From assembly GCA_964057225.1 (NCBI GenBank), contig CAXKVF010000077.1:248001-312000 (forward strand): a DNA stretch of 64,000 nucleotides. Reading direction: 5' to 3'. The notes under the pieces were generated by a model. That model worked only from the letters and a program-made list of their open reading frames with translations, made no database searches and was not told the DNA's origin. This DNA is from Auanema rhodensis (Eukaryota > Animalia > Nematoda). Positions 53,901 to 64,000 of the stretch are shown here, in pieces. The position numbers were made by a program, and so were the translations under genes. Each line of letters opens with the position of its first letter. The first letter of the stretch is position 1.

Positions 53901-56900
53901 TGTACATTTAATTAGCATAAATTAAAGTTCACGTAAATTTCAAAGTCATGGTTACCATGAACCAATATCAATAAAAATTTGTTTTTAGACTAATATGGAC
54001 ATGGGGAATCTAATTTTGAAAACCGCATCTCTTTATCTTTCACGTGAAGCGAGTTACATACCAAGTGCACATCACGTGTACATTTAATTAGCATAAATTA
54101 AAGTTCACGTAAATTTCAAAGTCATGGTTACCATGAACCAATATCAATAAAAATTTGTTTTTAGACTAATATGGACATGGGGAATCTAATTTTGAAAACC
54201 GCATCTCTTTATCTTTCACGTGAAGCGAGTTACATACCAAGTGCACATCACGTGTACATTTAATTAGCATAAATTAAAGTTCACGTAAATTTCAAAGTCA
54301 TGGTTACCATGAACCAATATCAATAAAAATTTGTTTTTAGACTAATATGGACATGGGGAATCTAATTTTGAAAACCGCATCTCTTTATCTTTCACGTGAA
54401 GCGAGTTACATACCAAGTGCACATCACGTGTACATTTAATTAGCATAAATTAAAGTTCACGTAAATTTCAAAGTCATGGTTACCATGAACCAATATCAAT
54501 AAAAATTTGTTTTTAGACTAATATGGACATGGGGAATCTAATTTTGAAAACCGCATCTCTTTATCTTTCACATGAAGCGAGTTACATACCAAGTGCACAT
54601 CACGTGTACATTTAATTAGCATAAATTAAAGTTCACGTAAATTTCAAAGTCATGGTTACCATGAACCAATATCAATAAAAATTTGTTTTTAGACTAATAT
54701 GGACATGGGGAATCTAATTTTGAAAACCGCATCTCTTTATCTTTCACGTGAAGCGAGTTACATACCAAGTGCACATCACGTGTACATTTAATTAGCATAA
54801 ATTAAAGTTCACGTAAATTTCAAAGTCATGGTTACCATGAACCAATATCAATAAAAATTTGTTTTTAGACTAATATGGACATGGGGAATCTAATTTTAAA
54901 AACCGCATCTCTTTATCTTTCACGTGAAGCGAGTTACATACCAAGTGCACATCACGTGTACATTTAATTAGCATAAATTAAAGTTCACGTAAATTTCAAA
55001 GTCATGGTTACCATGAACCAATATCAATAAAAATTTGTTTTTAGACTAATATGGACATGGGGAATCTAATTTTGAAAACCGCATCTCTTTATCTTTCACG
55101 TGAAGCGAGTTACATACCAAGTGCACATCACGTGTACATTTAATTAGCATAAATTAAAGTTCACGTAAATTTCAAAGTCATGGTTACCATGAACCAATAT
55201 CAATAAAAATTTGTTTTTAGACTAATATGGACATGGGGAATCTAATTTTGAAAACCGCATCTCTTTATCTTTCACATGAAGCGAGTTACATACCAAGTGC
55301 ACATCACGTGTACATTTAATTAGCATAAATTAAAGTTCACGTAAATTTCAAAGTCATGGTTACCATGAACCAATATCAATAAAAATTTGTGTTAAGACTA
55401 ATATGGACATGGGGAATCTAATTTTGAAAACCGCATCTCTTTATCTTTCACGTGAAGCGAGTTACATACCAAGTGCACATCACGTGTACATTTAATTAGC
55501 ATAAATTAAAGTTCACGTAAATTTCAAAGTCATGGTTACCATGAACCAATATCAATAAAAATTTGTTTTTAGACTAATATGGACATGGGGAATCTAATTT
55601 TGAAAACCGCATCTCTTTATCTTTCACGTGAAGCGAGTTACATACCAAGTGCACATCACGTGTACATTTAATTAGCATAAATTAAAGTTCACGTAAATTT
55701 CAAAGTCATGGTTACCATGAACCAATATCAATAAAAATTTGTTTTTAGACTAATATGGACATGGGGAATCTAATTTTAAAAACCGCATCTCTTTATCTTT
55801 CACGTGAAGCGAGTTACATACCAAGTGCACATCACGTGTACATTTAATTAGCATAAATTAAAGTTCACGTAAATTTCAAAGTCATGGTTACCATGAACCA
55901 ATATCAATAAAAATTTGTTTTTAGACTAATATGGACATGGGGAATCTAATTTTGAAAACCGCATCTCTTTATCTTTCACGTGAAGCGAGTTACATACCAA
56001 GTGCACATCACGTGTACATTTAATTAGCATAAATTAAAGTTCACGTAAATTTCAAAGTCATGGTTACCATGAACCAATATCAATAAAAATTTGTTTTTAG
56101 ACTAATATGGACATGGGGAATCTAATTTTGAAAACCGCATCTCTTTATCTTTCACGTGAAGCGAGTTACATACCAAGTGCACATCACGTGTACATTTAAT
56201 TAGCATAAATTAAAGTTCACGTAAATTTCAAAGTCATGGTTACCATGAACCAATATCAATAAAAATTTGTTTTTAGACTAATATGGACATGGGGAATCTA
56301 ATTTTGAAAACCGCATCTCTTTATCTTTCACGTGAAGCGAGTTACATACCAAGTGCACATCACGTGTACATTTAATTAGCATAAATTAAAGTTCACGTAA
56401 ATTTCAAAGTCATGGTTACCATGAACCAATATCAATGAAAATTTGTTTTTAGACTAATATGGACATGGGGAATCTAATTTTGAAAACCGCATCTCTTTAT
56501 CTTTCACGTGAAGCGAGTTACATACCAAGTGCACATCACGTGTACATTTAATTAGCATAAATTAAAGTTCACGTAAATTTCAAAGTCATGGTTACCATGA
56601 ACCAATATCAATAAAAATTTGTTTTTAGACTAATATGGACATGGGGAATCTAATTTTGAAAACCGCATCTCTTTATCTTTCACGTGAAGCGAGTTACATA
56701 CCAAGTGCACATCACGTGTACATTTAATTAGCATTAATTAAAGTTCACGTAAATTTCAAAGTCATGGTTACCATGAACCAATATCAATAAAAATTTGTTT
56801 TTAGACTAATATGGACATGGGGAATCTAATTTTGAAAACCGCATCTCTTTATCTTTCACATGAAGCGAGTTACATACCAAGTGCACATCACGTGTACATT

Positions 56901-59900
56901 TAATTAGCATTAATTAAAGTTCACGTAAATTTCAAAGTCATGGTTACCATGAACCAATATCAATAAAAATTTGTTTTTAGACTAATATGGACATGGGGAA
57001 TCTAATTTTGAAAACCGCATCTCTTTATCTTTCACATGAAGCGAGTTACATACCAAGTGCACATCACGTGTACATTTAATTAGCATAAATTAAAGTTCAC
57101 GTAAATTTCAAAGTCGAGGTTACCATGAAGCAATATCAATAAAAATTTGTTTTTAGACTAATATGGACATGGGGAATCTAATTTTGAAAACCGCATCTTT
57201 TTATCTTTCACGTGAAGCGAGTTACATACCAAGTGCACATCACGTGTACATTTAATTAGCATAAATTAAAGTTCACGTAAATTTCAAAGTCATGGTTACC
57301 ATGAACCAGTATCAATAAAAATTTGTTTTTAGACTAATATGGACATGGGGAATCTAATTTTGAAAACCGCATCTCTTTATCTTTCACGTGAAGCGAGTTA
57401 CATACCAAGTGCACATCACGTGTACATTTAATTAGCATAAATTAAAGTTCACGTAAATTTCAAAGTCATGGTTACCATGCACCAATATCAATAAAAATTT
57501 GTTTTTAGACTAATATGGACATGGGGAATCTAATTTTGAAAACCGCATCTCTTTATCTTTCACGTGAAGCGAGTTACATACCAAGTGCACATCACGTGTA
57601 CATTTAATTAGCATAAATTAAAGTTCACGTAAATTTCAAAGTCATGGTTACCATGAACCAATATCAATAAAAATTTGTTTTTAGACTAATATGGACATGG
57701 GGAATCTAATTTTGAAAACCGCATCTCTTTATCTTTCACGTGAAGCGAGTTACATACCAAGTGCACATCACGTGTACATTTAATTAGCATAAATTAAAGT
57801 TCACGTAAATTTCAAAGTCATGGTTACCATGAACCAATATCAATAAAAATTTGTGTTAAGACTAATATGGACATGGGGAATCTAATTTTGAAAACCGCAT
57901 CTCTTTATCTTTCACGTGAAGCGAGTTACATACCAAGTGCACATCACGTGTACATTTAATTAGCATAAATTAAAGTTCACGTAAATTTCAAAGTCATGGT
58001 TACCATGAACCAATATCAATAAAAATTTGTTTTTAGACTAATATGGACATGGGGAATCTAATTTTGAAAACCGCATCTCTTTATCTTTCACGTGAAGCGA
58101 GTTACATACCAAGTGCACATCACGTGTACATTTAATTAGCATAAATTAAAGTTCACGTAAATTTCAAAGTCATGGTTACCATGAACCAATATCAATAAAA
58201 ATTTGTTTTTAGACTAATATGGACATGGGGAATCTAATTTTAAAAACCGCATCTCTTTATCTTTCACGTGAAGCGAGTTACATACCAAGTGCACATCACG
58301 TGTACATTTAATTAGCATAAATTAAAGTTCACGTAAATTTCAAAGTCATGGTTACCATGAACCAATATCAATAAAAATTTGTTTTTAGACTAATATGGAC
58401 ATGGGGAATCTAATTTTGAAAACCGCATCTCTTTATCTTTCACGTGAAGCAAGTTACATACCAAGTGCACATCACGTGTACATTTAATTAGCATAAATTA
58501 AAGTTCACGTAAATTTCAAAGTCATGGTTACCATGAACCAATATCAATAAAAATTTGTTTTTAGACTAATATGGACATGGGGAATCTAATTTTGAAAACC
58601 GCATCTCTTTATCTTTCACGTGAAGCGAGTTACATACCAAGTGCACATCACGTGTACATTTAATTAGCATAAATTAAAGTTCACGTAAATTTCAAAGTCA
58701 TGGTTACCATGCACCAATATCAATAAAAATTTGTTTTTAGACTAATATGGACATGGGGAATCTAATTTTGAAAACCGCATCTCTTTATCTTTCACGTGAA
58801 GCGAGTTACATACCAAGTGCACATCACGTGTACATTTAATTAGCATAAATTAAAGTTCACGTAAATTTCAAAGTCATGGTTACCATGAACCAATATCAAT
58901 AAAAATTTGTTTTTAGACTAATATGGACATGGGGAATCTAATTTTGAAAACCGCATCTCTTTATCTTTCACGTGAAGCGAGTTACATACCAAGTGCACAT
59001 CACGTGTACATTTAATTAGCATAAATTAAAGTTCACGTAAATTTCAAAGTCATGGTTACCATGAACCAATATCAATAAAAATTTGTGTTAAGACTAATAT
59101 GGACATGGGGAATCTAATTTTGAAAACCGCATCTCTTTATCTTTCACGTGAAGCGAGTTACATACCAAGTGCACATCACGTGTACATTTAATTAGCATAA
59201 ATTAAAGTTCACGTAAATTTCAAAGTCATGGTTACCATGAACCAATATCAATAAAAATTTGTTTTTAGACTAATATGGACATGGGGAATCTAATTTTGAA
59301 AACCGCATCTCTTTATCTTTCACGTGAAGCGAGTTACATACCAAGTGCACATCACGTGTACATTTAATTAGCATAAATTAAAGTTCACGTAAATTTCAAA
59401 GTCATGGTTACCATGAACCAATATCAATAAAAATTTGTTTTTAGACTAATATGGACATGGGGAATCTAATTTTAAAAACCGCATCTCTTTATCTTTCACG
59501 TGAAGCGAGTTACATACCAAGTGCACATCACGTGTACATTTAATTAGCATAAATTTAAGTTCACGTAAATTTCAAAGTCATGGTTACCATGAACCAATAT
59601 CAATAAAAATTTGTTTTTAGACTAATATGGACATGGGGAATCTAATTTTGAAAACCGCATCTCTTTATCTTTCACGTGAAGCAAGTTACATACCAAGTGC
59701 ACATCACGTGTACATTTAATTAGCATAAATTAAAGTTCACGTAAATTTCAAAGTCATGGTTACCATGAACCAATATCAATAAAAATTTGTTTTTAGACTA
59801 ATATGGACATGGGGAATCTAATTTTGAAAACCGCATCTCTTTATCTTTCACGTGAAGCGAGTTACATACCAAGTGCACATCACGTGTACATTTAATGAGC

Positions 59901-62900
59901 ATAAATTAAAGTTCACGTAAATTTCAAAGTCATGGTTACCATGAACTAATATCAATAAAAATTTGTTTTTAGACTAATATGGACATGGGGAATCTAATTT
60001 TGAAAACCGCATCTCTTTATCTTTCACGTGAAGCGAGTTACATACCAAGTGCACATCACGTGTACATTTAATTAGCATAAATTAAAGTTCACGTAAATTT
60101 CGAAGTCATGGTTACCATGCACCAATATCAATAAAATTTTGTTTTTAGACTAATATGGACATGGGGAATCTAATTTTGAAAACCGCATCTCTTTATCTTT
60201 CACGTGAAGCGAGTTACATACCAAGTGCACATCACGTGTACATTTAATTAGCATAAATTAAAGTTCACGTAAATTTCAAAGTCATGGTTACCATGCACCA
60301 ATATCAATAAAATTTTGTTTTTAGACTAATATGGACATGGGGAATCTAATTTTGAAAACAGCATCTCTTCATCTTTCACGTGAAGCGAGTTACATACCAA
60401 GTGCACATCACGTGTACATTTAATTAGCATAAATTAAAGTTCACGTAAATTTCAAAGTCATGGTTACCATGCACCAATATCAATAAAAATTTGTTTTTAG
60501 ACTAATATGGACATGGGGAATCTAATTTTGAAAACCGCATCTCTTTATCTTTCACGTGAAGCGAGTTACATACCAAGTGCACATCACGTGTACATTTAAT
60601 TAGCATAAATTAAAGTTCACGTAAATTTCAAAGTCATGGTTACCATGCACCAATATCAATAAAAATTTGTTTTTAGACTAATATGGACATGGGGAATCTA
60701 ATTTTGAAAACCGCATCTCTTTATCTTTCACGTGAAGCGAGTTACATACCAAGTGCACATCACGTGTACATTTAATTAGCATAAATTAAAGTTCACGTAA
60801 ATTTCAAAGTCATGGTTACCATAAACCAATATCAATAAAAATTTGTTTTTAGACTAATATGGACATGGGGAATCTAATTTTGAAAACCGCATCTCTTTAT
60901 CTTTCACGTGAAGCGAGTTACATACCAAGTGCACATCACGTGTACATTTAATTAGCATAAATTAAAGTTCACGTAAATTTCAAAGTCATGGTTACCATGA
61001 ACCAATATCAATAAAAATTTGTGTTAAGACTAATATGGACATGGGGAATCTAATTTTGAAAACCTCATCACTTTATCTTTCACGTGAAGCGAGTTACATA
61101 CCAAGTGCACATCACGTGTACATTTAATTAGCATAAATTAAAGTTCACGTAAATTTCAAAGTCATGGTTACCATGAACCAATATCAATAAAAATTTGTTT
61201 TTAGACTAATATGGACATGGGGAATCTAATTTTGAAAACCGCATCTCTTTATCTTTCACGTGAAGCGAGTTACATACCAAGTGCACATCACGTGTACATT
61301 TAATTAGCATAAATTAAAGTTCACGTAAATTTCAAAGTCATGGTTACCATGAACCAATATCAATAAAAATTTGTTTTTAGACTAATATGGACATGGGGAA
61401 TCTAATTTTAAAAACCGCATCTCTTTATCTTTCACGTGAAGCGAGTTACATACCAAGTGCACATCACGTGTACATTTAATTAGCATAAATTAAAGTTCAC
61501 GTAAATTTCAAAGTCATGGTTACCATGCACCAATATCAATAAAAATTTGTTTTTAGACTAATATGGACATGGGGAATCTAATTTTGAAAACCGCATCTCT
61601 TTATCTTTCACGTGAAGCGAGTTACATACCAAGTGCACATCACGTGTACATTTAATTAGCATAAATTAAAGTTCACGTAAATTTCAAAGTCATGGTTACC
61701 ATAAACCAATATCAATAAAAATTTGTTTTTAGACTAATATGGACATGGGGAATCTAATTTTGAAAACCGCATCTCTTTATCTTTCACGTGAAGCGAGTTA
61801 CATACCAAGTGCACATCACGTGTACATTTAATTAGCATAAATTAAAGTTCACGTAAATTTCAAAGTCATGGTTACCATGAACCAATATCAATAAAAATTT
61901 GTGTTAAGACTAATATGGACATGGGGAATCTAATTTTGAAAACCTCATCTCTTTATCTTTCACGTGAAGCGAGTTACATACCAAGTGCACATCACGTGTA
62001 CATTTAATTAGCATAAATTAAAGTTCACGTAAATTTCAAAGTCATGGTTACCATGAACCAATATCAATAAAAATTTGTTTTTAGACTAATATGGACATGG
62101 GGAATCTAATTTTGAAAACCGCATCTCTTTATCTTTCACGTGAAGCGAGTTACATACCAAGTGCACATCACGTGTACATTTAATTAGCATAAATTAAAGT
62201 TCACGTAAATTTCAAAGTCATGGTTACCATGAACCAATATCAATAAAAATTTGTTTTTAGACTAATATGGACATGGGGAATCTAATTTTAAAAACCGCAT
62301 CTCTTTATCTTTCACGTGAAGCGAGTTACATACCAAGTGCACATCACGTGTACATTTAATTAGCATAAATTAAAGTTCACGTAAATTTCAAAGTCATGGT
62401 TACCATGAACCAATATCAATAAAAATTTGTTTTTAGACTAATATGGACATGGGGAATCTAATTTTGAAAACCGCATCTCTTTATCTTTCACGTGAAGCGA
62501 GTTACATACCAAGTGCACATCACGTGTACATTTAATTAGCATAAATTAAAGTTCACGTAAATTTCAAAGTCATGGTTACCATGAACCAATATCAATAAAA
62601 ATTTGTTTTTAGACTAATATGGACATGGGGAATCTAATTTTGAAAACCGCATCTCTTTATCTTTCACGTGAAGCGAGTTACATACCAAGTGCACATCACG
62701 TGTACATTTAATTAGCATAAATTAAAGTTCACGTAAATTTCAAAGTCATGGTTACCATGAACCAATATCAATAAAAATTTGTTTTTAGACTAATATGGAC
62801 ATGGGGAATCTAATTTTGAAAACCGCATCTCTTTATCTTTCACGTGAAGCGAGTTACATACCAAGTGCACATCACGTGTACATTTAATTAGCATAAATTA

Positions 62901-64000
62901 AAGTTCACGTAAATTTCAAAGTCATGGTTACCATGAACCAATATCAATGAAAATTTGTTTTTAGACTAATATGGACATGGGGAATCTAATTTTGAAAACC
63001 GCATCTCTTTATCTTTCACGTGAAGCGAGTTACATACCAAGTGCACATCACGTGTACATTTAATTAGCATAAATTAAAGTTCACGTAAATTTCAAAGTCA
63101 TGGTTACCATGAACCAATATCAATAAAAATTTGTTTTTAGACTAATATGGACATGGGGAATCTAATTTTGAAAACCGCATCTCTTTATCTTTCACGTGAA
63201 GCGAGTTACATACCAAGTGCACATCACGTGTACATTTAATTAGCATAAATTAAAGTTCACGTAAATTTCAAAGTCATGGTTACCATGCACCAATATCAAT
63301 AAAAATTTGTTTTTAGACTAATATGGACATGGGGAATCTAATTTTGAAAACCGCATCTCTTTATCTTTCACGTGAAGCGAGTTACATACCAAGTGCACAT
63401 CACGTGTACATTTAATTAGCATAAATTAAAGTTCACGTAAATTTCAAAGTCATGGTTACCATGAACCAATATCAATAAAAATTTGTTTTTAGACTAATAT
63501 GGACATGGGGAATCTAATTTTGAAAACCGCATCTCTTTATCTTTCACGTGAAGCGAGTTACATACCAAGTGCACATCACGTGTACATTTAATTAGCATAA
63601 ATTAAAGTTCACGTAAATTTCAAAGTCATGGTTACCATGAACCAATATCAATAAAAATTTGTTTTTAGACTAATATGGACATGGGGAATCTAATTTTGAA
63701 AACCGCATCTCTTTATCTTTCACGTGAAGCGAGTTACATACCAAGTGCACATCACGTGTACATTTAATTAGCATAAATTAAAGTTCACGTAAATTTCAAA
63801 GTCATGGTTACCATGAACCAATATCAATAAAAATTTGTTTTTAGACTAATATGGACATGGGGAATCTAATTTTGAAAACCGCATCTCTTTATCTTTCACA
63901 TGAAGCGAGTTACATACCAAGTGCACATCACGTGTACATTTAATTAGCATAAATTAAAGTTCACGTAAATTTCAAAGTCATGGTTACCATGCACCAATAT
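50997..64000 (+). repeat. Domain 4: near-consensus monomers with local 13-, 7- and 5-monomer tandem duplications
   Basis: Many monomers equal the consensus. Duplicated variant patterns occur at 50997-55572 (period 2288), 57333-59796 (period 1232) and ~60677-62436 (period 880). Confidence 0.8.

Larger units (their letters stand above)
1..64000 (+). repeat. 176-bp tandem satellite DNA array (~364 copies), probable centromeric/pericentromeric satellite
   Basis: The unit ACTAATATGGACATGGGG...AAAAATTTGTTTTTAG recurs every 176 bp (starts 1, 177, 353 ...; monomer 16 starts at 2641 = 1 + 15x176). Phase is lost only through four 1-bp and four 10-bp deletions between ~33.6 and 38.7 kb (44 bp total; last monomer starts at 63845). 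Both window ends lie inside the array. The centromeric role is inferred, not shown. Confidence 0.98.

Noticed and set aside
32792-63900. CpG-to-CpA variants (G56A, G63A) as proof of DNA methylation
   Set aside because: Only two alleles, spread by duplication, and the 36-37 CpG changes are transversions. This is too little to infer methylation.
1-64000. Protein-coding ORF or repeat-encoded protein
   Set aside because: The 176-bp period is not a multiple of 3, and TAA/TAG/TGA codons are frequent on both strands. Only very short ORFs are possible, and variants show no codon pattern.
1-64000. CRISPR array suggested by regularly spaced palindromes
   Set aside because: There are no unique spacers; the entire 176 bp is repeated, and no cas genes are present.
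1-64000. Apparent excess of multi-allelic sites (30, 32, 75, 112, 147, 148, 168) as mutation hotspots
   Set aside because: With about 50 mutation events over 176 positions, roughly this many double hits are expected by chance.

Overview
The whole 64 kb window is one uninterrupted, head-to-tail, single-orientation tandem satellite array of a 176-bp AT-rich monomer (consensus about 32% GC). It holds 363 complete monomers plus a 156-bp partial copy. I see no genes, RNA genes, transposon insertions or inversions. Most monomers differ from the consensus at only 0-4 positions. Reading the diagnostic variants monomer by monomer reveals nested higher-order repeat (HOR) structure in four domains. (1) 1-31504: a 7-monomer HOR (1232 bp) arranged as two ~90-monomer (15.84 kb) super-units. 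(2) 31505-40436: a 6-monomer HOR (1045 bp, carrying the only indels) nested in a 21-monomer (3674 bp) duplication. (3) ~40437-50820: a variable 9-18-monomer HOR. (4) ~51-64 kb: near-consensus monomers with local 13-, 7- and 5-monomer duplications. The monomer is dense in dyad symmetries. It carries three TCACGT motifs spaced 32-33 bp apart (one an exact CDEI-type ATCACGTG) and a CENP-B-box-like 17-mer, and its central part is depleted of variants. Nucleosome-sized unit, homogeneity and HORs suggest a eukaryotic centromeric or pericentromeric satellite. This is an inference; I cannot assign species or family. Variant notation such as G30A means position 30 of the monomer, numbered from window position 1. 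All variant calls were made by eye.
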